Source: Camelus dromedarius (Eukaryota). Taken from it: a DNA stretch of 64,000 bases. A program made the translations under genes and the position numbers. The first letter of the stretch is position 1, and every line of letters begins with the position of its first letter. Where the stretch lies: NCBI RefSeq assembly GCF_036321535.1, contig NC_087437.1:16432001-16496000 (forward strand). The letters run 5' to 3'. The notes beneath the pieces were generated by a model. It worked only from the letters and a program-made list of their open reading frames with translations, did not search any database and was not told the DNA's origin. This document shows, one piece after another, positions 11,643 to 23,887 of this stretch.

Positions 11643-12689
11643 TCTTTGTTCTTAATGCTACCTGAACAGATTCTTCAGCAGGTGTATAATATGTTCGAAC
11701 ATACTAAGGTATCTTTTGTACCCACTTGGAGACACTGCTCTAGAAGCCTGCTGACCCACTCCAATCTGACCTGATTGCTCTCTAGGCTTGCTGCACAGCC
11801 ACCATCCTGCTGCAAAAGGGGTCCTTTGGCTTCTGTACTGTGCTCAAAACCCCTATCCAGGATCTATGTCATTCACTTCCTTGATTTACTCTTATTTTAA
11901 AGGAGCACATAGTCCACTATCATCTCAACAAAAAATACAAAAGTGGTACATTTTTTGAGACTTTGCATCTCTGAAAATGTTTTTATTCTATCCTGATAAT
12001 AATTCTTTGTTAAGACTGAGTGGAAACTGTTTTCCTTTGGAAGTCCAAGGGCATTTTCCACTGTCTTCTATCAGCCTTGCTGTTGAAAGTCTGATGCCAC
12101 TTTGACTGTTGGTCATTTTGGGGGGGTTGTATGTTTCTTTCTTGGGAGCCTGAAAGATCTTCATTTTCGCTAGTGTTTTCAAGTTTCACAGTGTGCCTTG
12201 ATCAGTTTCTATCCTGTTGGTCGGGCACTAGGTAGGCCCTTTCAGTCTGGAAACTCACTTCCTTTCATTCTGGAAAATGTTTGAATTATTCCTTTGATGA
12301 CTTCCCTCCTGTCAATTCTCTATCCTTCCTTTCTGGAACTCGAGTTGTTTTTATGAACAATCCTTTAATCTTCTTCTTTTTTTCTTTCTTATTTCCCATC
12401 TTGTGTTTTGCCCTTTGTTCCAGGAAATAAACATGAATGAACAGCTAAGAAATACCAGTCAGTTGAGGAGGTCTAAGGTGACAGACTGGGATCAAAACAT
12501 ATAAACCTGGAGCTACTAGGAGGAAGCAGAATATTTGAGAAATGAAAGCTTGGCGGAAATTACTATTAATATTCTCACAGAGATAAGGAAAGAATAGGAG
12601 GCTATGAAAAAGCGACATTCAGAGAATACAATAACAGCACAGTGACAGCAAAACCAAGATTTCAGTGGAAGTGGAACACTCAGAAACCA

Positions 12690-12875
12690 AAGGATTCTGT
12701 AGAGCACAAGGAGTATATTCAACATCTTGTAATAACATTTAATGAAAAAGAATATGAAAATGAATATGTGGATGTATACGCATGACTGGGACATTGTGCT
12801 GTACGCCAGAGATTGACACATTGTAACTGACTGTACTTCAATTTTATAATTAATTAATTAATTAATTATTTTTTA
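12690..12875 (+). mobile_element. Short L1 3' terminal fragment with AT-rich tail
   Basis: gtagagcacaaggagtatattcaacatcttgtaataacatttaatgaaaaagaatatg...cattgtaactgactgtacttcaat. Confidence 0.85.
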
Positions 12876-13129
12876 AAAAGCAATGGAAGCTCTGGCTGGG
12901 CCCAGCCAGCCATGACAATGTGGCTGGACCATTTCTTGAGGCACCTCTGATGTTGCTATGTTTTGGTTCTTCTTTTTGGAATAAGCAGAATCTACAGAGA
13001 GGGCAGGGATGAATCTGGCTGCCAGTGCAAGGGGAGGCTGGAATCTCAATATTCAATATGGAAATATTCACTTAATCACTGTGTAATCACAATGGTACTC
13101 TTACCTTCAACTGCTCCTGGTCCAGAGAC

Positions 13130-15150
13130 TTCCTGTTTTTAGTTTCTGCTGAAAAGTCAGCTGATAGTCTTATGGGAGTTCCCTCATATGTAATTAGTTG
13201 CTTTTCCCTTGCTGCTTTTAAGATTTCCTTTTTATCTTTAATATTTGCCATTTTAACTACAGTATCTTGGTGTGGACTCTCTTTGGGGTGATCTTGTTTG
13301 GGACTCTCTGTACTTCCTAGACCTGGATGTCTGTTTCCTTTCCCAAGCTAGGGAATTTCTCAGCTATTATTTCTTTGAATAAGTTCCCTTCCCCTTTCTC
13401 TCTCTCTCTTCTCCTTCTGGAACTCTTATAACGCCATGCTAGTATGATTGACGTTGTCCCAGAGATCGTTTAAACTGTCCTCATTTTATAAATTCTTTAC
13501 TTTTTTTCTGTTTAGCTTTTTTTATTTGTCTTCCAGTTTGCTGAGCTATCCCTCTGTATCTACTGTTGATTCCTTCCACTGTATTTTATTTCAGTTATTG
13601 GATTCTTCAGTTCTATTTGGTTCTTCTTTATATTTTTTTAACTCTTTGTTAAACTCCTCAGCGTGTTCATTTATTCTTCTCCTGAGTTTATTGAACATCT
13701 TTATGATCATTACCTCCATCTCTTTACTGGGTAGATTGCTTCATTTAGTTCTTCTGGGATTTTATCTTGCTCCTTCATTTGGAACATAGTCCTTTGTCAC
13801 CTCATTTTGCCTAATTCTCTGTTGTTATTTCTATGTATTACATAAGTCAGTTACATTTCCCAATACTGGAGAAGTGGCCTTATGTAGGAGAGGGCCTATG
13901 GGGCTCAGCAGAACACTTCTCTCTAATCACCAGAGCTATATGCTCCAGGGGTGCCCTCTATGTGGGCTGTGTTGGCCCTTCTGTTATAATGGGGCTGACT
14001 ACTGTAGGCACACTGGTAGGCAGGGTTGGACCCCAGCCATATTGGCTGCAAGGCCCTGCCTCATGCAGAGGCTGCTGGCTGCTGGTGGGCAGGGCCAGGT
14101 CCTGGGGCAGCTGCTTGCAGAGCCAGGGATTCCTGGATCTGATACTGGCCACTGGTGGGTGGGGCTGGGTCCCAGTGTAGCTCGCTGTGGGCCCCAGGGG
14201 TTTATGTGGCTGGTGCTAGCTCACTAATGGGCAGGGTTAGGTCCTGGGACATCTAGATGCAGGGCCCAGGGGTTGCAGGGCTTGTACGGGCCCAGGGGTT
14301 GCAGGGCTTCTACCAGCCCATAGGTAGGCAGGGTTGGGTCCCAGAGCATCTATCAGTGGGAACTGGTTGGGGCCAACCCAGTGCTTGGCAGAGTCAGGTA
14401 CCAGGACAGCTGGCTTCATGGACCTGTAGTTTCCAGCATACTGGTTGGCAGGGCCAGGTCCTGGGGTGACTGGCTGCAGGGGCTGAAGGGTCCCAGGACT
14501 GCTGCCAACTGGCTGGTGGGTAGGTAAGTCCCTGGCACTAATGGACTAGAGGACGGACTTGTTAGTACTGGTGTCCTCATGGTAGAATGAGCTCTCAAAA
14601 ATGGCTGCCACCAGCATTTATGTCTCCAGGGGGAGTCCCATTTGCCTCCTGCCTCTCTGGGAGGCTCTCCGAGATCAATAAGTGGATCTGACCCAGGCTC
14701 CTTTCATTTATTGCCTCTGCACTGGGACTTGGATTGTGATATTTTGTCCATGCCCTTTAACATGGAGTCCATGTTTCCTGCAGACTTCCAGCTCTCCCGT
14801 ACATAAGCCCCATTGGCTTTCAGAGCCCGATATTCTGAGGGATCATCTGCCTGATGCAAGACTCATGAGCTAGGGAGTCTGATGTGGGGTTGGACTCTGT
14901 GCTCCTTGGGGAGACCCTCTATAATTTTATTGTCCTCCAGTTTGTGAGTCACCTGCCCAGGGGTGATTCCTGACTATACCACATCTATGCCCCTCCTACC
15001 CTTCTTGTGTGGTTCCTTCTTTAAACTTTAGTTGTGGGAAAACTTTTCTGCTAGTTTTTAGGTCATTCTCAGTGATAGCTGCTCTGTAAACAGTCGCAAT
15101 TTTGGTGTACCCATAGGAAGAGCTGAGCTCCTACTGTGCCATCATGGCCA
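13130..15150 (-). mobile_element. L1 5' portion (5' UTR with GC-rich internal repeats plus ORF1), 3'-truncated
   Basis: Antisense ORF1 signature gtttctgctgaaaagtcagctgatagtcttatgggagttccc; minus-strand start ggccatgatggcacagtaggagctcag resembles an L1 5' end. Confidence 0.8.
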
Positions 15151-15299
15151 CATTGTCATCATATAAGACCTCATCTGTCTTTGCTCTTCTTCAATCTTCC
15201 TTTCTCTGGTCCAGGTTCCATCCACACTTAACTTGTCTCTGTGTTGTCCAATATGGTAGCCGTCAGCCATAGATGTCTAGTGATACGTCTCCAGATAGA

Positions 15300-15610
15300 G
15301 CCCTGCCCTCTCCCACATCTGTATATTTGTATATGTTCCCTTCCATCTGGAATGTGATTTTTTTTTACACTCTCAGTTTGCAATTAAGGTCTTTTCTGGG
15401 AGGCCTTCTGTAAATCACTCATCTCTCTGCAAAATTCTGTGTTAGATGCCCTTCCTTTGTACACTCAGAGAACTATGAATTTACCCTTTTATAACACTTG
15501 CAGTAGACTGAATTCACCCAGGATAAGTATTCATGTTATTTACCTCTGTTTCCTCAAGACTTATTTCAGTATCTAGAATTGGATGTGCTTTGAGGGAGTA
15601 AAGAATGAAG
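15300..15610 (+). mobile_element. L2 3' fragment
   Basis: tgttcccttccatctggaatg...ttttctgggaggccttct...tacctctgtttcctcaag. Confidence 0.55.
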
Positions 15611-15756
15611 GATGAAGTATGCAAGAAAGGAAGAAAGAAAGAGAAATATAGATAGAATGGGAGGAATTAATCCTGGCATTCACTTCCATTTGACTTGTGC
15701 CTTTATCATCACAACTCATTTTCCACTAACATTTGACTTCTCCTTTCCATTAACTT

Positions 15757-16146
15757 GTGTGGTAGATTTTATTATTGCTCCCAAGTATATGCTGCCCATC
15801 GTTATAGGAGGATTATAATTCCCACCCAAGTGACATCAGATTTGACCATACGACTTGCCTTGTCCATTCAGATGTGAGTGGAAGAGACATACATATGACA
15901 CTTTAGAGCTGAAAATTCTAAGTTATTATGTGACTCAGCCATATTTCTATTTACTTTTTGCCATAAGATCAGTGATGTCCCAGATAGGAACTGATTCCTC
16001 TTTCTGGATCCCCAAAAGAAGACAATGTGGAGCAGAGCTATAGCTAATTTACAATGGAACTGACCCCCATGTGGATGGAGAAAATAGTAAGCCACTGATT
16101 GAGGATTGTTTATTATTAGACAAGAAGTTATCCTAAGCTGAATAAT
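15757..16146 (+). mobile_element. MaLR LTR (MLT1H/I-like)
   Basis: Starts tgtggtagattttattattgctccc; ends gtaagccactga...gattgttt...agctgaataata. Confidence 0.65.
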
Positions 16147-16184
16147 AAGTATGACTAGTGACAGTTTCATGGGTATACAATTCA

Positions 16185-16520
16185 GAAAGAGTCATAGGAT
16201 TTGAGAATATAACAGTTAAAAGTTCATTCTGTTAGCCTCCTCTCCAACAGAGAAACCCTCTGCCCAGCACCCTGAATCTTTGAAATTCTACCTGAATCCC
16301 AAAGGGCACCAGAGAAGGGAGCTCATTAGATTGTGTGTTGATTCATTTCATTGTTGGAATTCAAACTGTTAAAATATTTTTCAGTTGGTTTTCCCCTACT
16401 GGTTCTGGTCCTGCCACCCGTAGCCACTCATATCAATCCAGTCTGTACCTCACAAGACAGAGCGTGATTTATTCGATGCTTAGTCATGTCTAGACTAAGC
16501 GTTGCCAGTTCTTACTTTAT
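16185..16520 (-). mobile_element. L3/CR1 LINE fragment
   Basis: gggagctcatta...ttcatttcattgttgga...ctactggttctggtcctgcc pattern typical of antisense CR1. Confidence 0.5.
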
Positions 16521-17132
16521 TGTAAGACTTAGATGAGACTGAAGCTATTCTGACTCTTTGTGATAAAGACATTCTTTCTAGTCCAAAGGTACTGTGATTC
16601 TTTGCATATCCCACAAATGGAAATGATAATTTTTAAACAAAATTTCCCATTTGACGTCTTTAAAATTAACAGAAATATTCAATCAATGAGCTTGACCCTT
16701 AGTAAAATATATTATCAATATTTTGCCAACATGCTTCTAAGAAAGCCTTTTTAAAATGCACGTGATTTGATTAATAGGTCTTGAAAACAATGCACAATTT
16801 AAATGCTCTCAGTCAAGAGATAAATGTAGCTCTATGTGGGTCCCACTACATTTCCAGGAAACCCATCATGGTTTTATCCTAATGAGCCTTTCACTGATTC
16901 ATGCATTGTGTTGCTTTTAAATACGTGAAGAGACAATTGGTAGGAGAGGTAGACCCTGAGCAACTACAGAGGGCAGAAGGAAAAACAGTATGGTCAATTA
17001 ACAGGGGGGCAATAAAGATTTCCACTTTGAACAATTTTCTTTTTCTATCATCGATCCTTCTTATTTAATTATAGAAGTACATCATGAATACATATTTATT
17101 ATAAAAAATTCAAGCACTATTGAACCCTAGAG

Positions 17133-17343
17133 CGCACACTGTCCAATAGAACTTTCTGTGATGATGGAACTGTTCTATATCTGCTCTGTTCAATAACGTA
17201 GCCATTAGCCACCTGTGGCTATTGAGCACACTAGAAATGCAGCTACCAAGACTGAGGAACTGATTTTCATATTTATTTAATTTTAATTAACTTAAGTTTA
17301 AATATTTATTTGTAGCTAGTGGCTACCATATTGGACAGCACAG
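17133..17343. mobile_element. MER3 hAT-Charlie MITE
   Basis: ctgtccaatagaactttctgtgatgatgga...gctagtggctaccatattggacagcacag with inverted termini. Confidence 0.85.
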
Positions 17344-17559
17344 ATACAGAATAAAAAAAAAAATTACATTCATCTTCAAAGCCCATAAGAAACCATTATT
17401 AATGGTTTGGTATTTTCTTTGGGCAATTTTGTGGGAGGAGGTATGCTATATGTCAGACATAATGAAGACTGTGGTCTGCAGTGTGGTCTCTGGGGGCAGA
17501 TAGCCTGGATTCAAATCCTGAGTCTGTAGCTCAGGATTTCTGTTTCTTTCGTTTTTGCT

Positions 17560-18088
17560 TTTATTTATTTATTTATTTATTTTTATCTCAGTACTTCTGT
17601 TTTTTGTTTGTATTTGTTCTGTTGTTCTTTTTCCAAGTTCTTAATTTTGTATAATGTTGACATTTAGATAATTAAAATTAACCCTTTTTTCTAATATAAG
17701 TTTTTTTAATGTTTATATAATTTCTCTTTAAGTACTGTTTGAGTTATCTAAGAAGTTTTGATATATAGTATTTTCACTACCACAATGTTGTACTTTAAAC
17801 AACGTAGCATTGTTTTTGTTTCCCTTATGGTATTTCCTCCAATCAATTTAGATATGTCTTAATTTTCCAAAGACACAAGTTTCTATCCTAAGTTTAAGTT
17901 GTGGACATATAACGTTGTGTGTATGATAGATTTATTGGTATTTCTGAGTTGTTTGGCAAATTAGAACATGGTATCAATATTTGTAAATGCTCGTGTGTGT
18001 TTGAGGAAAAGATGCATTTCCAATTAATTAGTAAAGATTTCTAAACACATCTATATTAAGTCAAGTCTGTTCATTGTGTTGCTTAAAG
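17560..18088 (-). mobile_element. Old L1 ORF2 fragment
   Basis: T-rich; ataatttctctttaagtactg...ttttgatatatagtattttca. Confidence 0.6.
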
Positions 18089-18089
18089 A

Positions 18090-20102
18090 ACTATTTACAA
18101 AATCATTTGCATTTCTGTACACCAGCAATAAACTGTTAGAAACTAAAATTTTTAAAAGACACCAACTACTTACAATAGCATTAAAAAAAATTCAGGTACC
18201 TAACAAAATGTGTTAAGATCTCTGTGTTGAAAATTATAAAACTGTATAGAAAGACAGCAAATATGATTTAAATTAATGAAAAGAGACACTTTACTCATCG
18301 TTTGGAAGACTTAGTTTTATAAAGATTTCAGTTCTCCCCATTGTGTTTGTGTGTGTGTATGTGTGTATGTGACTCTAAAGTTTATGCAAAGTAAGAATAA
18401 TCAAGAATATCTAAGATACACTTAAAGAAGAACCAAATATCAAGATTTATTACAAAACTATGATAATTATAACATGTGGTTTTGATGCAGATAGAGACAA
18501 ATAGGCTAATGAAACTGTACAAAAACCCAGAAATAGACCCATTCATATATATATATTCTTTATGACAGAGGTAATCCTGTAAATCACTGAGGAAAAGAAA
18601 GATTTTTTAATAAATAGAGCAGAATCAATGGGTTATCGTCATGGAAAGGAAAGGAAAGAAGGGAAGACGGAAGGAAGGAAGGATGGAAAGAAGGAAGGAA
18701 GGAATTTAACATTGAATTCATTCTACATACAAAACTGATTTCCAAGTAAATTAAAATTCCAACTGGAAAGTTAAACTATAAAACTTTGGAAGAAAAATGT
18801 CTTATGACCTCAGGTAGGAATAAATTTATTAAGATGCCAAAAGAAAACTAAACTTGAAGTTAAATAAATTGAAATAAATAAATTTATGTTAATCAACAGA
18901 TAGCATCAAGAAAGAAAAAATAAGCCACAAGTGGAAGAAGATAATTGTAGAATATATAACCAATAAAAGATTTGTATATTCAATATACAAAGTACTCTTA
19001 CAAATAAATTAGAAAAAGGCAAAAACCTGGTGGTGAAATGAGCAAAAGATGCACCAGACATTTCACGAAGAATGAACTCTCAAGGGTCTATGAGCCCGTG
19101 GAAAGATTCCCAAGCTCATTAGTAACCAGAGAAATAAAAATTTAAACCCCACGGATATACAAATATTCCTTCAGCAGACTGAAGAAATTTTAAAGTCTAA
19201 TAGCACTAAATGCTGATGAGAATGTGGAGCAAAGGGAACTCTTGTATACTGTCAGTAGATGTGAAAATTGGCTCTGTCGTCTTTGACCATGGAGTTTTCA
19301 AAGCTGAACATGTGCATAATCCAGCATTTCCATTCCTAGATCTATACCCTAGAGAAACTCTTGCACACATGCACCAAAAGCCATGTGCAAGAATATTCAT
19401 AGCAACTGGTCCACAACTCAAATATCCACCAACATGGGAATGGATGAATAAATTATAATATAGATCAATAATCTTTTATCCAAAAGACTCACAGTGAGTT
19501 TTTAAAATTTCAATTAAAAAGACAATAGAATATGTATATTTACACATGTATAAACGTATACACATACGACATGTATGCATGTATATACATATACACATAT
19601 ACATATATGATGCAACGCCCCAAATTCAAACACATAACATTTTCTGAAGGAAAAGTATGAGTTTTCACACTAAATTGGATCAATAAATGCCACAAACATC
19701 CGTTCATGTCACGTTTTTTACTTTCAGAATTTCAGAGAAAGGATGCCATACATCACATGATGAAATAACATAGAGCAAAGAAAATGAACAGACTATAGCT
19801 ACACAACCAGCTTGGATGATTCAGAAACGTAATGATAAGTGGAAGAAGCTAATCAAAAATAGCAGAACTAGTAATACACGCATGTGGGACCCAGGCAGTT
19901 GTGGGACCCAGGCAGTTGTGGGAACGTTGTAAAGCAATAAAGCAAGGCAATGATTAATGGGATATTTCTGGACAGGGATGGGGTGGGATCAGAGTATTGG
20001 TCACTTCCTTAATTTTAAATTATGTGTATATATATATATGAATTATATAGATACACACATATACTTTTGTATATGTGATACATTTCACAATAAAAAGTTA
20101 AA
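18090..20102 (+). mobile_element. Old L1 (L1ME-like) ORF2 3' part and 3' UTR
   Basis: aaatcatttgcatttctgtacaccagcaataaac...ccagaaatagaccc...cctagatctataccctagagaaactcttgcaca...tttcacaataaaaag. Confidence 0.8.
19460..19750. mobile_element. TcMar-Tigger MITE remnant (MER46C-like) nested in the L1
   Basis: caataatcttttatccaaaa...tcaaacacataacattttctg...ttcacactaa...ttcagaatttcagagaaaggatg. Confidence 0.45.
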
Positions 20103-20109
20103 GGTATTA

Positions 20110-20400
20110 AAGCAATTGATTTTTATATATTGATTTTATAACTAGCCATCATATAATTCTTTGATTGCTTCTAATACTCCTCCTATCAATTTTTTTGGTT
20201 TGTACATGATGGTATCAATGGCATATAATGATAATTCTGTTTTCTCCTTTCGAATACTGATACTTATTTCTTTTTTTCTTGTAATTGCATTAGCTGATGC
20301 TTCTAGATCGATGCTGAAATAACAGGGATGGCCTTTTTCTCTTGCATTGCTCACCGATCGCCTTCTGCAGGGTTCCACCATTAAATGCATCAGGAACTTT
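20110..20400 (-). mobile_element. Old L1 ORF2 fragment
   Basis: Minus-strand peptide LEASANAITRKKEISISIRKEKTELSLYAIDTIMY resembles the L1 RT region. Confidence 0.7.
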
Positions 20401-21111
20401 GGTGTGGTCAGAACCGTCTCGGAATGAAATAAACCCCGTGGAAAGACAGACAGCGAGCCTCTGTGAACTGGAGCTTTACTTTGTTGCTTGTTTGTCATTG
20501 CACAGATGTGGGGGACCCTGACATCATCCCTCGGCTCCCCACTGGGCCAGATGGAAGGGGCCAGAATGAAACAAGCACAGCCAGTGTGCAGGAAGGCAGA
20601 CACACCGTCGGTGATGACCTCATGCAAAGACCGGGTTGAGTGGCCCACCCTGCAGAGACCAGGAGTTCTCAGATCAGGCTCACCTTCAATTAGGAAATTG
20701 GCTGGCACGCAAACAGGCTGCAGAGTGTCCTCCGTCTCAAACCAGGCACCTGCCTGCCTGTGACAGATCTGTCCCCACAGGCCATTCTCTGAGCAGAGCC
20801 CAGCCAAATCCAGAACAAACACCTCTCTCAAAGGACCTGTCTTTCATTTAATAGAGTTCAAATTGAGTGGCCAGAAACCTTGATGCTGTTTTTATTCCCT
20901 CCATGTCTTCTGCGGCAGCTGCAGGGATTCCCCGGACTCCCTTCTCGCCCACATCTCAGGACCTCCTCGCCCACGAAGTCTGCCACTGCTGGAGCTTACC
21001 AATCATTTCAAAACAGGGCCTGGGACAAGCTGTTGAAAGTCTGGCTGAAAACGCTGGGGGCCCATGTACATAATACACCTGCAGGACTTCCAGGCGGGAG
21101 GTGTGTTAATA

Positions 21112-21240
21112 ATTGCTTCCAGAGCCTGTGTGGGCAACGACATCAAAATTTTTTAAAAATACAGATTCAAACGTCCTACCCCAAGCTAATGGAATTAGAA
21201 TTTCAAGATGAGAGGGCCTGAGAATAAGAGCTTTTAACAA
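21112..21240. mobile_element. MER5-like MITE fragment
   Basis: ttaaaaatacagattc...ctaccccaagctaatggaattagaatttcaag...gggcctgagaat...ttttaacaag. Confidence 0.55.
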
Positions 21241-21242
21241 GT

Positions 21243-21776
21243 AATATTAGTTAGCTATTACTACATAACAAACCACCCCAAAACCCAGTGGCTTAAAGCA
21301 GTAAGCATTTATTCTTTCTCATGAATCTACAGGTCAGCTGAGCAGTCGTCCTGGCCTCAGCCCAGCTCACTCCTGCGTCTGTGACGCCTGTAGTTTGGGT
21401 AGGTGGTTCTGCTGACCTAGAGTGGGCCCTCTCATCTGGGGGGATGGGTTCGCTAAGGTTGGTCTATGATGAGCTTAACTGGGACTACTGGGCTTCTGTC
21501 CCAATGCTCTCTCCTCTTCCAGCAGGCTAGCCTGAGCTTGTTCACAGAGTTTTGAGAGCTAAAGCAAGCAAGACTTCTTAAAGCTTAAGCCTAAAACAGG
21601 CACACGGCCATTTCCATCTCATTCTACTGGCAAAGCAAGTCATAAGGCCAACTCAGATTCATGGGCAAAGGGAACAGACTCTACCTCTTCTTGGGAGGAG
21701 CTGCGAAGTCCCACTGCAAGAAGCATGGGTGAACATAGGGTGAACACTGGGGACATTTTTGCCATCAATCCACTAA
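21243..21776 (-). mobile_element. MaLR LTR (MLT1F-H-like)
   Basis: tattagttagctattactacataacaaaccacccaaaacccagtggcttaaagc...ttttgccatcaatccacta. Confidence 0.8.
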
Positions 21777-21934
21777 ATATCTCTGTTGATGAGCCTAATA
21801 CGGGCAGCCTGGCATCAATCTACACACCATTTGTGTATTCCAGGCATAAATGCCTACTGCAAAGATGACTACAGAGAGGGCCACTCAAGGCCTCCCATTG
21901 TGTCATGCATCCATGGGCCTTAATTAGTGCTGAC

Positions 21935-22106
21935 ACCCCAGAGGCTGTGCCTTGCTACCAGGACCAGAAACCTCAACCTTGTCAGCACTGCAAAAGTGAT
22001 CTTGGGCCTGAATGACCCCAACCAACACACGAAAGCCTGTTTTCACCAACCAAAGGCCAATCAATCCATTTACTATGTAACCAGCTGCCCAGACATTTCG
22101 ATCAGT
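21935..22106 (+). repeat. Copy 1 of a ~170-bp diverged direct repeat
   Basis: Shares cccagaggctgtgccttg, accaaccaaaggccaa and actatgtaaccagctgcccagac with 24245-24419. Confidence 0.9.
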
Positions 22107-22149
22107 GCTCGTTTCCTACAAGCAGAGACATGGGAATACAAATTAGAAC

Positions 22150-22490
22150 CAGTGGGTTGCTCTATATATCAGGTAGAACCAGTAATAGAAAGTCCAGCTC
22201 AAACTGACCGAAGCAAAGGTAGTATTGGTTCACATAGCGCATTTGAGTGGGTCTGGCTGTAGGTCTGTCTTGATCTGGGAGCTCAAATCATGCCTTCCAG
22301 CTTGAGCCACACTACTTTTTGGCTCTGGCTTCTGCTAAATGAGCTGCATTAGGATATTCAGCAAAGCCAGGCTCACAGCCTCGGCTTAAGATCAACTGAA
22401 ACATAGAATGTGTCTGTCTCACAATATTCCAGCAAAACCTCATTTTTTCTTAGTGACTCTGATTGGAATCCATGTCCATAAGTATGCCAG
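22150..22490. mobile_element. Degenerate MaLR LTR (MLT1J/K-like)
   Basis: gtaatagaaagtccagctcaaactgaccgaagcaaagg...tattggttcacat. Confidence 0.5.
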
Positions 22491-22534
22491 TCACTGTAGG
22501 AGGAGAATGTGATATTCTGTATTCTAACGGGGAT

Positions 22535-22760
22535 AGACTGACAATAAATAAGTGATGGATTACAAGGAAGAATACTGAGGAGAGCAGAGACTATCAAGGT
22601 GGGGGCTCAATTTTAAATGACGTGGGTGGCCAGAGAAGATTGAACATGGGGCTGACAATGTGTGCAAATGTCTGGAGAAGGGCACTCCAAACAGAGGGAA
22701 CAGCTGGTGCAAAGGCCCTGAGGCAGGAGTGGGTAGGCTCATTGGCTAGGACAGCCAGGG
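22535..22760 (-). mobile_element. L2 fragment
   Basis: cactccaaacagagggaacagctggtgcaaaggccctgaggcaggag. Confidence 0.75.
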
Positions 22761-22959
22761 GCCTCTGTTGGATTCTGGGGACAAACCTACCAAGTGGCGC
22801 AGACACTGAGCTGGCCTGACCTGAGTCGACCATAGAGGCACCCCTCACTTTTAAACTCTGCTACATACGTTCTGAGACACCTTCCCTTCAAATGGGACAA
22901 CGCATGGGTCATCTGTTTTCACCTCCTCCTTGTGTAGATGAGGCCAGAGACACTCTAAT

Positions 22960-23318
22960 CCTTAATCTTTCTTTGTCTTTGTCTATCACAACATCAACCT
23001 TTTTGAGGGTCACAGGCCAAGTCTTTTGCAAAATGTCCTTCAGATTGAAGTTTGTCTGATGTTCCCATTATTAGATTCAAGTTACACATTTGGGGGGCAG
23101 AAATATCACAGAAACCATGGTGTGTCCTGCTCAGGTGTCATATTAGGAGGCCCATGACATCAACTTGTCCCATACCAAGATGTTAACTTTCATCACCTGG
23201 TTAAGGTGGTGCCCGTTGGCTTCTCCACTGTAATGTTTCTACTTCTCTCTTTATATCATAGTGTCTTGTGGAGAGACAACTTAAAGATTGTGTTAATACC
23301 CTGTTTCTGATCAAACTG
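22960..23318 (-). mobile_element. L1MC/ME 3' UTR fragment
   Basis: gtttgtctgatgttcccattattagattcaagttac...tcacctggttaaggtggtg. Confidence 0.7.
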
Positions 23319-23773
23319 TCACCCTCTACCTTTAAGAACTTGTTTAAAGTTCCCAGGTGGCTCAGATAGGCAGCCAGGGCTCAGAACATTCTCTGGAGCT
23401 TCCCTGGCCCTGGATCCCACTTTTAAAACTAAGAGAGAGAAATATTGAACAGTCTCCTCACAGAACTCACTGGTTGCTGTGATTGCAAAGAAAAAAAGAC
23501 CATTGCAGCATCGCCCACCATGGCTAAGCATCATGGGAGCACTGGAGGGAGAGGCATCTGAACCAGCCAGAGGGCCGGGGTCAACCAATTGGCTGAGTCC
23601 ACAGCATTTCTGGCCAGTGGCTCTTAGCCTGGTTCACCTCCTCATCAAAGTCTGAGCTGCCGCAGAAGAGGACCTCTGTTCCCTGCTCACTGTCCCGGAG
23701 CATCTCAGGACCTCGTGCCCCTCTGGCTGCTGCAGGTGAAACAGGACAGAGCGGCCAGGAAGTGGGTGCCATA

Positions 23774-23887
23774 CAGGGGAACCAACTGTCCCAGTTCGCC
23801 CAGGACTGATGAGATGCCCTGGATATGGGACTTGCAGTGCTGAAACCAGGAAAGTCCCCAGCAAACCAGGATAAACTGATCACCCTA
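23774..23887. mobile_element. MER81-like hAT-Blackjack MITE
   Basis: caggggaaccaactgtcccag...gtccccagcaaaccaggataaactgatcacccta, ~114 bp. Confidence 0.8.

Larger units (their letters stand above)
9680..13125 (-). mobile_element. HAL1/L1ME-type element fragmented by MER58 and L1 insertions and an internal inversion
   Basis: ttttttgagactttgcatctctgaaaatgtttttattcta...ggcattttccactgtcttcta is antisense to the ORF1 segment seen at 1740-1880; 5' region at 12880-13125. Confidence 0.65.

Noticed and set aside
10772..11774. Several ORFs with strong protein-like sequence
   Set aside because: They are L1 ORF2 fragments of a truncated, frameshifted copy, not a host gene.
20142..20831. 229-aa minus-strand ORF
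   Set aside because: The C-terminus is decayed L1 RT and the rest is unrecognisable; it has a non-ATG start and no gene context.
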